Positions 32,119 through 41,487 of a DNA stretch of 64,000 bases are shown in pieces. The stretch is from Zootoca vivipara. Its lineage: Eukaryota. The number at the start of each line of letters is the position of its first letter. Positions within the stretch are counted from its first letter, which is position 1. Position numbers and translations under genes: made by a program. The DNA is taken from NCBI RefSeq assembly GCF_963506605.1, contig NC_083289.1, forward strand, positions 27,838,001 through 27,902,000. Reading direction: 5' to 3'. The notes beneath the pieces are model-generated. The model did not search any database and was not told where the DNA came from. It was given only the letters and a program-made list of their open reading frames with translations.

Positions 32119-35112
32119 CTTCTTCCTTTCAGGAAGGCTGATTCAGCAGCTCTTGGACCCCAAACTTCTGGTGACTTCTCTCCCCCATTCCACTGGACAC
32201 AGAGCCAAACACCCACACACCCATAAAAAGCATGTCCTGACTCCAGCCTCTGCATAATGGAAACACCACCCAGTACCTGTGGGAAGCAAGAGGCACCCAG
32301 TGTGGGCACAGAAACCTCCCCCCTCAGTCTCCTCCTGCTTCCAATCTGGCTCTCCCCTCCTGACCTTCAACCCATGCAGGGAAAGAGCAGCAATCTCTTG
32401 GGAGAGGAGGGAGGAGGTCATGAACACAGATGGGAACTGAGGAGGGGGAATTGGCAGGTGTGCTTCACCACCACCACCACCCTGTGCCAAGGGGAGTCCC
32501 TTTGCCCCACCCTCCCTTCACCCCCTTACTCTGCACAGGCATGTTGGAGAGAGCCACGTGGTCAGATGGGTGAATCAACACAATGGTGAAGGTGGCCTTC
32601 ATGGCTGGCTCATCAAAGCAAGGAAAGGCCTTCCGGGCATCAGCCGCCTGCATCTGTGTTGTGGCCACCACCCTGGGAGGAGGACAGAGGCTGGTCAATG
32701 CATGTTCCCCCAGGTCCACCCACCCACCTGCCATGCCATGTCTTCCTGGTTTATTGAAACAAGGGGGCTTGTGTCTTCCCGGGTCTGCCCTGCTTCTTAG
32801 CTGCCCAGAGATTTTCAAGGCAAGTTGCAATGCAAACACCCACCATGGGAGGAGGTAGGGGAGGGTGGAGCTCCCCAGGTTGGGTGCAGTATCTGGAGCT
32901 CTTGAGAAGGGGCGTGGGGGGGCACAGCCCCTTTTCTGAGTCAAGTGGCAACAGTCTCCATCCCGACCTCAGAAGTTCCAGGCCTGATTTGGCCATTACC
33001 CTGTCCTAGAACTGGGGCGAGGGGCATTTCATGGGGGGGGGCAGTCCCAGAGCTCAACTCTGGAGGCTCGCAAGCAATGCCACCTAGTCACTCACCACAG
33101 TGGCACCAGGTTCCTGCTAAACAACAGGTTGTGGTTGTGGTTTGGGGTCCAACAGAGGCCCTAGGGAGGATACAGCAGGGAGTTGCAAAAGGAAAAAAGC
33201 AGCTGTGGGCAGGAAGGAGAAGCTTTGGAGTGGGCAGGAAGGAGAAGCTGGGGAGGGAAGGGTTAAACAGCCCCCTGCCTTCATCCGCACTACCACCCCT
33301 TGCTGCAATGTCCCACTCTGTGTGGATTTTCCTCCAGGTCCTTGCTAGGGATCTCTGTGGCTGCCCCCGAGCTGCAGGGTTGGTGACCTGGTGCCAGGTG
33401 GGAGGAGGAGCCCAGCCTGTCCTGAGCGCAGGTGGGTGCAAGGTAGCAGAGGGGGCTGGCTCTGGCCTCCCCCCTGCTTCAAATGCTGCTAACACAATCC
33501 AGTGTCTATAGCCTCCCCAACTCACATTGTTATAAGAATTTTAAGGTCTTAGATAGGTACAGTAATAAATGTGCATACATGTACAAGGCAAGCATGTACA
33601 TAAAAATACAGTGGTACCTCGACTTACGAACAACTCGACAACCGAATTTTTCGACTTACGAATGGGGCAGTATAAACCAATGACTGAAATCAGTACAAAA
33701 AAGTCCTGAAACCATTTTGACTCTCCCAGATGGAGGAAATGGAAAAACCTTCCCATTGTCTCTTTCCTCACAAATCCTTTCTTAAGGGCACATTTATGAT
33801 AGGAATAGGCTTGAGCCTGTGAGCTCAGGAACTAAGTATTTATCATTACAAAAGACTGGCCAGGCTCACCGGTAATCCAACATTAGCAGGTAAAATGCCA
33901 GACAGGAGATAAGCAAGGCGCTCAGGTTTTCTACCACTCTTTTCTATGATGCAGGTATGACATGTCTGGGGGGGGGTCTTGGGCTATACCCCTTCTGTGA
34001 TGTATGTATGACGCTTCTGGGGGTGGCCTTGAACTGGAGGGTGGGAAATTTTAAATGTCTATATAAGGGCAGGCACGCTTTTGTTCGGGGGTCCTCCTTT
34101 TCTCCTATGGGAGAGAGAACACCCTGTTGCAACAGTCTTCTGTTCTTTTAAATAAATGATCAGATTTTGCTTTCTTGAATCCTGGTGTGGTCTCTGTCAT
34201 TTTTACCAACCAGAGAGGAGCCTCAAACACCCGCGCTCCTTCCTAGGGTCCAGTCCTCCCTATGAGGCTGGGACCCCTTTTTGGGAGCAATTAATTCCTA
34301 TTTCAGCACCCTGCCAGGCTTGTCCAGAGATCTTCCCAGACACGGAGACTGCTTCCAGGAACTGTATTTTCATAGAACCATAGAACTGTAGGGTTGGAAG
34401 GGACTCCAACCCCACCACACACATATAAACACACACACAGTTCCACCTACTTGGTAACCCCATCCTCCATGTATTCACTGCGATAGAAGCCAGCCAGGTC
34501 ATCTGCTAGCTCCCCACGGAAGCGGCTCAGCAGCTCATAGTATGCATTCTGCTGGAGGCTTCCGCTGAGCTGCACCACCAGGTATTCAGTGTTCACCTCC
34601 AGCCAGGTCTGAGAGATGGCTGGTGCTGTGGACCCGTTTACCCCACGCAGAGAGACGAGGTACCCCTCTTGCTCGGTGTAGTTGAGCTTCTTGCTGTGGA
34701 TGAGGATGAGGTCAGTGGGCTCCAGGCACACAAATTGCACCGTACTGTTGCCCGTGAAGACATAGAGGCCCTGAGCATCCTGGGTCAGGAAGGGTTGCAG
34801 GGTGACATCATAGTGCACGGGCTGGAGGGTCTTGGGTAGCCGCATTTGATTCCAAGGCTCCTTTGGGTCGGCCGTAGTGCCAGGGACACTGGGGGTGGCA
34901 GCACTAGTGGTGGTGGTGGTGGTAGTAGTGGTAGTGGTGGTAGTGGTGGTAGAGCTGGAGCTAGATGAGGTTGGGTCAGACACATCATTGCTTGACTTCT
35001 GCTTTTCCTCTGCGTAGACAACCGCCAGAGCAATGATGGTGGCCACAGCGGCAACCGCAAGGACGATCCCAACTATGCCCAGCGTCCTGCTGATGAAGAA
35101 GCCTTTGGCCAT
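14874..35112 (-). CDS. ANPEP: Aminopeptidase N (CD13), M1 zinc metallopeptidase; whole-gene span, 20 coding exons, 2952 nt, 983 aa
   Basis: N-terminal [33 protein letters not shown] signal-anchor and Ser/Thr stalk. GAMEN, HEVAH-x18-E (NEG) and catalytic Tyr (AYSKG) are intact. All introns are GT-AG with matching phases. Confidence 0.97.
15083..15285 (+). mobile_element. CORE-SINE copy in ANPEP last intron
   Basis: Same consensus, more diverged. Confidence 0.75.
15858..15939 (-). CDS. ANPEP: ANPEP coding exon 19
   Basis: [27 protein letters not shown]; 82 nt. Confidence 0.95.
16055..16195 (-). CDS. ANPEP: ANPEP coding exon 18
   Basis: [23 protein letters not shown]...[13 protein letters not shown]; 141 nt. 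Confidence 0.95.
16778..16945 (-). CDS. ANPEP: ANPEP coding exon 17
   Basis: [24 protein letters not shown]...[11 protein letters not shown]; 168 nt. Confidence 0.95.
17408..17639. mobile_element. Tc1/mariner (Tigger-like) MITE
   Basis: TA|CAGTGGT...ACCACTG|TA. Confidence 0.85.
18273..18383 (-). CDS. ANPEP: ANPEP coding exon 16
   Basis: [36 protein letters not shown]; 111 nt. Confidence 0.94.
18420..18730 (-). mobile_element. CR1 LINE 3' fragment
   Basis: Similar to 2912-3240. Confidence 0.75.
19116..19207 (-). CDS. ANPEP: ANPEP coding exon 15
   Basis: [30 protein letters not shown]; 92 nt. Confidence 0.94.
19480..19627 (-). CDS. ANPEP: ANPEP coding exon 14
   Basis: [32 protein letters not shown]...YGPMQ; 148 nt. 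Confidence 0.94.
20717..20772 (-). CDS. ANPEP: ANPEP coding exon 13
   Basis: [18 protein letters not shown]; 56 nt. Confidence 0.93.
20860..21327. mobile_element. hAT non-autonomous element
   Basis: CAGTGGTTTTCAACC...GGTTGAAAACCTCTG; TSD TGTTAGAG/TGTTAGAC. Confidence 0.85.
21975..22114 (-). CDS. ANPEP: ANPEP coding exon 12
   Basis: [35 protein letters not shown]...DHQ; 140 nt. Confidence 0.92.
23349..23578. other. Assembly gap (230 N) in ANPEP intron 11
   Basis: Run of N. The flanking exons join in phase, so no coding exon appears to be hidden. Confidence 0.99.
23823..23899 (-). CDS. ANPEP: ANPEP coding exon 11
   Basis: [25 protein letters not shown]; 77 nt. Confidence 0.92.
24133..24305 (-). 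CDS. ANPEP: ANPEP coding exon 10
   Basis: [33 protein letters not shown]...RPSEF; 173 nt. Confidence 0.95.
24325..24427. repeat. ~52-bp tandem duplication next to the ANPEP exon 10 acceptor
   Basis: TTAATGAGGCACAGGGATTCATAGC(A)nCAATCAAGGAGACTTGT x2. Confidence 0.92.
25302..25437. mobile_element. hAT-type MITE (136 bp)
   Basis: TIR CAGGCATCCCCAAACT...AGTTTGGGGATGCCTG; perfect 8-bp TSD GTGAAGAT. Confidence 0.92.
25846..25935. mobile_element. Short hAT-type MITE (CATAGCTGTCAA TIR)
   Basis: TSD CCATCCTG. Confidence 0.9.
26170..26217. repeat. (GT)n microsatellite
   Basis: Directly visible. Confidence 0.95.
27005..27070 (-). CDS. ANPEP: ANPEP coding exon 9
   Basis: [22 protein letters not shown]; 66 nt. 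Confidence 0.94.
27342..27407 (-). CDS. ANPEP: ANPEP coding exon 8
   Basis: [22 protein letters not shown]; 66 nt. Confidence 0.94.
27736..27879 (-). CDS. ANPEP: ANPEP coding exon 7
   Basis: [24 protein letters not shown]...FDAIAYSK; 144 nt. Confidence 0.95.
28196..28341 (-). mobile_element. tRNA-Lys-headed SINE with CR1 3' tail (Squam2-like)
   Basis: GCTAGC.TCAGTTGGTAGAGCATGAGACTCTT...GGGTTCAAGCCCC joined to the CR1 end GTTGGACTGGATGACC..TTCCAACTC..GATTCTATG. A partial copy lies at about 9442-9550. Confidence 0.7.
28800..28913 (-). CDS. ANPEP: ANPEP coding exon 6
   Basis: [38 protein letters not shown]; 114 nt. Confidence 0.96.
29267..29421 (-). CDS. ANPEP: ANPEP coding exon 5 (GAMEN, HEXXH)
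   Basis: [22 protein letters not shown]...VIAHEVAHQ; 155 nt. Confidence 0.96.
30586..30712 (-). CDS. ANPEP: ANPEP coding exon 4
   Basis: [42 protein letters not shown]; 127 nt. Confidence 0.93.
30882..31018 (-). CDS. ANPEP: ANPEP coding exon 3
   Basis: [34 protein letters not shown]...NNVS; AG/GT flanks. Confidence 0.92.
31753..31987. mobile_element. Mariner-like MITE
   Basis: TA|CCCTGTTTCTCCAAAAATAAGAC...GTCTTATTTTTGGAGAAACACGG|TA. Confidence 0.85.
32076..32116. repeat. (CA)n microsatellite
   Basis: Directly visible. Confidence 0.95.
32530..32672 (-). CDS. ANPEP: ANPEP coding exon 2
   Basis: [22 protein letters not shown]...SNMPVQ; 143 nt, AG/GT flanks. Confidence 0.95.
33700..34240 (+). 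mobile_element. Possible solo LTR in ANPEP intron 1
   Basis: TATATAA at 34060 followed about 90 nt later by AATAAA at 34151 and a GT/T-rich tract; boundaries and TSD not resolved. Confidence 0.4.
34451..35112 (-). CDS. ANPEP: ANPEP coding exon 1
   Basis: MAKGFF...[13 protein letters not shown](K); donor AA|gtaggt. Confidence 0.95.
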
Positions 35113-35136
35113 GGTTGAGGGTGCCAGGAGAGAGAA

Positions 35137-35400
35137 TCTGTGAGAAAGAGAAGAAGGCAAGGACTTGCAGGCCTCTTATATGTGGGCTCTGGGGCTTTGC
35201 TGATCCTGGTTCATTAGTTAATCATCAAACAGCTGAGAGGTGTGCGAAGGTCACAGAGGCTTCCCAACCTTGCAGACAACTTCTTCCCTTGGCCCTGTGG
35301 GAGAGTTAATGGGAAACTGAGAGCCAGCAGCTTCAAAGTGCATGCAATCTTTACCTGCCTCTCTCTCACTCCTGGAGGGTGGGGCAGGGTGTGTGTGTGT
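35137..35400 (-). promoter_or_regulatory. ANPEP proximal (epithelial-type) promoter
   Basis: TATAA (minus) at 35176-35180; HNF1-like GTTAATCATCAAA at 35217-35229; HNF4-like CAAAGTGCA at about 35334-35342; GC/GT box at about 35377-35390. Confidence 0.6.
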
Positions 35401-35558
35401 GAATCCTTCCTTTTGTCTGCCCTAGAATCACAGAATTGTGGAGCTAGAAGGAACCCCAAGGCCATGCAGGAATCACCTGAATCGCCCAACTTTCAACTTG
35501 GACGACCTCTGATTTTAATGCTATTGCCACATCAGGTGTAATTTCATACAGTATATAC

Positions 35559-35648
35559 CATAGCTGTCAAGTTCTCCCTTTTTTAAAGGGAAATTCCCTT
35601 ATGCCGAATAGGCTTCCTCGTGAGAAAAGGGAAAACTTGACAGCTATG
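35559..35648. mobile_element. Short hAT-type MITE (CATAGCTGTCAA TIR)
   Basis: TSD GTATATAC; inverted near-copy of 25846-25935. Confidence 0.9.
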
Positions 35649-35659
35649 GTATATACCTC

Positions 35660-37680
35660 TATCATTCCTCTCTTTCCTCTCCTTCCTTTTTCTCTAAACT
35701 TCCTCTACAAAGCCTCAACCACAGTAATCTTCCCTCATAGGGATGTTGCTCCACCCCCTCAATCATTTTGATTGCCCTTTTCTGAACTGTTTCCAACTCT
35801 ACAACAGCATTTTTAAGGTGAGGTGACCAGAAATAGGCAGTATATTCCAAGTGTGGTCATCCCATAGATTTGAATAAAAACATTGTTATATTGGCAGTCT
35901 TATTTTCATAGCATCATAGTTAACGCCTTCCAATGCCAGAATCACAGCTAAAGAGTCCCCAGCCCTCTGTTTAAAAACCACCAATGAAGGTTTGACTACC
36001 ATTTTTTGAGGTAGTCCTTTTCATTATCAAACAGCTCTTACCATCAGAAAGTTATTCCTGATGTTGGAAAGTGAGCGAGGTCTCAGGTAAAGGGGATTGT
36101 TAACTAGGCTGCTAGAATATGCAGAACTTGAGGGTTTAACTTTAACACATAGAATGAGAGAACAAGAAGAACATATATTGAAAGAAGACTAGGAAATATT
36201 TACTGAATATATGGAAAATAATTGCACATCACTGAAAACGCTGACAGTATTAAGATAAATTCAACAGTGTGATTAATGTTTGAACAATGTAAAAATGGAG
36301 AACTGGTTTAAATGGGTATTGCAAAATATGCAGGAATGGAAGATATGTACAATGAAACATGGAAGGAGAAGAAGGGAAGTCACTGGATATTTAAAAGTAT
36401 GTAAAATGTTTATTCTGAAATGTAATAATTGAAAATTTCATAAAAAAACTATTTTTTTAAGAAAAGTAAGTTGCCGTATTTTTCGTTCCATAAGACACAC
36501 ACACACCCCGCCTAAAAAGTAAGAGGAAATTCTGTGCGTCTTATGGAGCGAATGTGTGGTCCCTGGAGCCAAATTGCCCAGGGACTAAAGGCAGATCATG
36601 CTTCTTCTTTTTTTAAGAAAGAGCTAAAGGCTAACAAGAGAGAATGAGCCCATTGAAAGGAACCAGCTCAGCAGCTGATTGCAATAGATCAGGGAGGGAG
36701 TTAAGAGAGCTAGCTCCCTTCCCTACCCCTCCCGGCCCCTTGCCTAGGCCTCAATTGTTGTCTGCAGAGGGAGACATGTGGCTGGCTGATTAGATTATCT
36801 GTCTGGAAACTGTAGAAATGGGTCCCTTTCCTAGAGAAGCTGCAGAACTGTGAGTTGAACCCCATAAAAACAGGATTTTTTTCCCTTTGCAAGGAAACTC
36901 AGCAACTTTGAGCTGATCCTAAAAAATTGAGCTTGCCCCCTTTGCAAAAAAGATGCACAACTGTGAGCTGACCCCCCAAAAACAGGGCTTTTCCCATTTG
37001 CAAAAAAGCTGCACAACTTTGAGCTGATCCTTAAAAAATGGACCTTTCCCCCTTTGCAAAAGAAGTTTCCTCAAATATTTAGGGGGGGGGTTGGCTAGGA
37101 GTTGGCTGCAATTCAAGAAAGCAAAAAAAATTCCCTTGTTTTCCTCCTCTAAAAACTAGGTGTGTCCTACCGTATGGTCAGGTGCGTCCTATGGAGCGAA
37201 AAATACGGTACTCCTAATGTTTAGTCAAAATCTCATTTCTTGTAATTTGTAATTTCTTGTAATTTGAATCTATATTGGTTCTGGTCTTACCCACTGCAGT
37301 AGCAGAAAACAAGCTCACTCCATCTTCCATGGGATAGCCCTTCAGATATTTGAATATAGAGTATTTGATATTTCAACCCCTTTCTTAATGATCACTAGCA
37401 TGGAATTTGCCTTTTTCTCAACTGCCACACAATAGGTTGACATGTTTACCACGTTATCTGCCACAAACCAAAGATCAGTTCCTTGGTCAATCACTGCTGG
37501 TTCAGACCCCATAAACGAACATATTAAGTTTCCTCCGGTGTTCATATTTTGCTTACACTTTTGGAGAGATTCTTTTGGGGTTCCTCGCAATCCCTTCAGT
37601 GAAAGTAAAGCTTTTTGAAAGCCTAAGTACACAATGTCTACAGGATCACCCTTTCCGATGCCTGCCCTCAGCAACTCTGA
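35660..37680 (-). mobile_element. CR1 fragments interrupted by nested insertions
   Basis: CR1 sequence stops at about 36065 (GTTATTCCTGATGTT) and resumes at about 37211 (CTCCTAATGTTTAG). ORF peptides YFWSPHLKNAVVELETVQKRA and VDIVYLGFQKA. Confidence 0.65.
36474..37208. mobile_element. Mariner-like non-autonomous element (~730 bp)
   Basis: TIR CCGTATTTTTCG...CGAAAAATACGG|TA; internal ~60-bp tandem array. Confidence 0.85.
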
Positions 37681-39457
37681 CAACATTATTACAGGACATA
37701 TCTATGTTATCTGCAACATAAGGGGTTAATTCACCTCTTCTGGTGTGATCTGCATGTCATCATCTGCCACCTGTGCCTTTCTAGAGCCTGGATGGAACAA
37801 ACAGGCCAGTCTCCACTCAGAAGAATAAATGGACAGAAATCTGGTGTCAGCAATGGCAATAACTAAAAATCAGCAGGGGAACATTTCTTCCTTCCAGGAC
37901 ACTCTGTAACTGGCTGTAGAGCAGCTACCCTTGTACAAAGGAGTTTCAAAAGAAGGGCCTGCAATACGAAACCACTGAATTGCAGTTCATTAAAGGTGCA
38001 GTGCTATCACTTGCTGTGACAAAGGTAGTTCTTTTTTTAGATGAATGGCATGTGCTGATTGGCTTATGAGTGCCAAGATGCCTGTGTTATCAAGAACTTT
38101 TTGAGTGAATGGCCTCTATTAATACTTATAATCATCTGTACATTTTTTGTTTGCCTAACACTTCCTTCTGACCTCACTGCTTACAATCCCCTTCCCAACC
38201 TCGTATATATGTGCCTGCAACTCAAGGTCATCCTTCCTTCATATATCAGACAAAACAAGCTCATTAGTCTTTAAGGTGCCACAAAACCCTGGAGCAGGCA
38301 GAAGCTAACCATTTCCTGCACAGGACAGTGTCGAAATTGGCTGCCTGTATAATTATTAATTATTATTATTATTATTATTCCACCTTTTCCCTGACATGGA
38401 CTCAAGGCAGTATACAGCTAAAGTAGAAACAGCTAAAACATAGAAGTTAGCAATCATTTAAAAACAATTAAGAATTAATGGAATAAACACAGAGAGAGAT
38501 ATCGCTGCAATAAAAACATTATAGCAGCAGGGCTTTCCTTAGAAACAGCCAGTTCCCAAAAGCCTGTTGGAAGAGGAAAGTCTTCACCTGTCGGCAGAAG
38601 GACAGCCAGGAGCAAACCAGTCTAATTTCCCTAGGAAGGGAGAGCCACCAAGAAGGCCTTCTCCTGCGTCCCTACCAAGCATTCCTATGAGGGTGGTGGG
38701 ACCAAGAGAAGGCCCTCCCCTGAAGAGCCCAGTCAGGTTTGGATGAGGGAATACTGTACAGTCATTTAGACAGCCTGGACCTAAAACCATATATGGCTTT
38801 ATAGGATTGAGAATGTTTTATGAGTTGAAAAACAGTCAGTTCCTTATGTATAAGAAAAAGCTATAAATGGTGGGCACGGCAGGTTGGGGGGCAAAGCGGG
38901 GTGGGGGCAAAGGATATCTCCTTGGGGGCGGGAACCATCTCATCTTAGTAGGAATGTATGGCTTGAGACAGCCCAAAATTTGTTTAAAATCTCAAGTTCC
39001 TTATTTATCCCCAAAACCTGGGAGAAAGATGTTTCAAGCCACCTTCCCCAGTCAGTTCCCCGCCAGATGTTTTGGACTACGAATCTCATTGCTCCCAGGT
39101 GTGGGTGTCTGTGCTACCTGGAGATGATGGAAGTCCAAAAGACGCCGAGGGCACCAGGTTGGGGAAGGCTGTGTTCAAGCATGTTGCAGGAAAAAACAGC
39201 GTTTTGAAATGCGAGTGCTGTGGGCCCCCCGAAAGGGCGCTGATTTAAGAGCTCCGGGGCACATAAACACTAGCTCCTTCTCCAGGCTGTTCCTGCAGCT
39301 CCGAATAGTAATAATAATTTATTATTTTGTACCCCGCCTATCTGGCTGGGTCGCCCAGGGGCACAGGGACCTGGGAGCCCACGTCAGCCTTGCGGAGACC
39401 CCATCATCGTCATCATCCGCTGGATGATCCCACACACCCCTCCGCTTGCCTACTCAC

Positions 39458-40250
39458 CTTGACGCCCCCATCCCCAGGCTGGGCTCCATTCACAGCCGAG
39501 TTCCTAGTTGGGGCAGGCTGGGGCGTTCTCCTGGCCCACGGCGCCTGGCCTGCTCTCGGCTGCTCTCTCCAAAATCAGTCACAAGGAGAGGGCTCTTTCC
39601 AAAGCTCCGAAGGAAGTAGCCAGCCCTGCGCTGATCCCTCACCGTCTTAACCCCTGGGCTGCTGGGCGGGACAGAGGAAACCAGGATCAAGAGAGCACTG
39701 CCTTGGAAAGAGAGGGAAAGGAGCGAGGAGGCTGCCTCTGTCCTGGCCAGTCGCTCTCTGTCATCCCACATTTGTCCCAGGCTCCTGCTGCGCCCTCAAC
39801 TCTGCCCCACAACGCTGGACGCACAAGCACACACGCCCCGGGCCCACCTCCTCTCCAGCTGCCAGACCGTCACATCTGGAAAGGATTTCAGCGGGGGGCA
39901 GGGTAGAGGCTCCTAAGTGCTGAAAGCAGGAAGGGGAAGCCTGGAAGTGGAGGTCCCTTTTCTGGGGAGGGGACGTTGGGAATCCTCGGGGTCGTTTTGC
40001 ACGGCCTCTGACTGCAGGCTCCAGCGGCTCCGAGCTAGAGCAGCTTTCGCTACACACCCAGGGAGAGCTGGAGAAAAGGAGCCTGCGGAGGGACTCGCCT
40101 CTGGCTCCTCTCCCTGCTCAGGGCCCAGTTTCGGGCAGGCTGCACCAGCATTGCCTCCAAAATACCAGAAATCACAGCTCCCTGCCTTTGATCTACACGT
40201 TCCTTCTGCCAGGGACTCAGTGGCAAGTTGCTTTCTCCCAGCTTGAAATC
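39458..40250 (-). promoter_or_regulatory. Candidate distal GC-rich ANPEP promoter and non-coding first exon
   Basis: CpG-enriched non-repeat stretch ending in a consensus donor AAG|GTGAGT (GT at 39457-39456). A matching acceptor lies 25 nt upstream of the ANPEP ATG. Confidence 0.45.
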
Positions 40251-40509
40251 CTAGTCTGTGAAATAAAGATGCTAGCAGCCCACCTCGCAGGGCTGTTGTT
40301 ACAATAAACAACAGGTAATGCTCTATTTATTTAAAAGGCTGGATTAATGGGAAAGGAGGAGTGCAGTCACCACTAGAGCCCAGTCAAATGCACTAGGACC
40401 ACTGAAGGTTGGATCTGACTCTTCCCCCAAAAAATGGCTATGGGGAAAATGGACAAATCTTTCCCCTGGCTGGGGGAGTGAAAAGAGCTCCCTCCTAAGG
40501 CCCGATTCC

Positions 40510-40542
<33 letters not shown>

Positions 40543-41351
40543 ACAGTACCTGGTCTAAGCAAGATTGTATGGCAGGCAAAAAGGCAGGCAGGTTGGTGCT
40601 CCCTGCCCAGGAAACAGCAGCTCCTTCCTAGCTGGTGTCCATGGCTGGAAGGGTTATTCTTATCCCTTGGCAGGAAAGTGGGGGAGCAGATGATGACCAC
40701 AGGGAAATTCCTTCGAAGCCCTGTCATAGTGAGGAGGACGTGCCCCTGGAGGGAGCCTGGCTGGCTAGCGGAACCAGTACAGGCTGTGAGCCTGATCCTG
40801 GTGACTAGTCCCCAGTTCCTCATTTCCATGAAAGCTTGAAACACAGCTCAGTCTGTAAAGAAGTTGTTTTCTTCTTGCTTTATTTTGTTTAACTTGCAAT
40901 TTACTGGCACGGCCAGAAGCAATAATGCTTCTGAATACCAGTTTCTGGAAACCACAGGGGAAGGAAGATACATGATCTGGGGCAAAACTTACTCTCTAGG
41001 CTGTAGCCAACTAAGTCCTGCACAGGGCCTACCTGTTGGAATCAATAGGACCAAGTTGTGTACATTAATTTCAATTAGCCTACTTTGAGTAGGAATAGCA
41101 CTGGCTGCAGCCCTTCAGTTCCTAAGTTTCTGACCAAGCCGAGTTTCAGACTTGAGCTGGGAAATAGCCACCAACTTAAGCATCTCCCGGAAGCCCAGCC
41201 CTTGGAACTGGAACCAGGCTGGAAAGGGCCATTGACTGGCTGGATTCTCACAGACAAGGCTGGGGAGCAGGAGAGAGCAGTCCTCCCCCTTTATGCCAAG
41301 AGTGCTCACACAAAGAAAAGTCATAGAGCACAGGCAGAAAAGGCTTTAGAG

Positions 41352-41487
41352 CAGACCTAGGCAACCTTGGCTCTCCAGATGTTTTGGAACTACAACTCCC
41401 ATGATCCATAGCTAACAGGGCCAGTGGTCAGGGATCATGGGAGTTGTAGTTCCAAAACATCTGGAGATCCAAGGTTGCCTATGCCTG
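41352..41487. mobile_element. hAT-type MITE (related family)
   Basis: Palindromic body; TSD CTTTAGAG/CTCTAGAG. Confidence 0.85.

Noticed and set aside
36880-37070. Spaced direct repeats resembling a CRISPR-like array
   Set aside because: Degenerate tandem units inside a eukaryotic mariner-like element, with no unique spacers and no cas genes.
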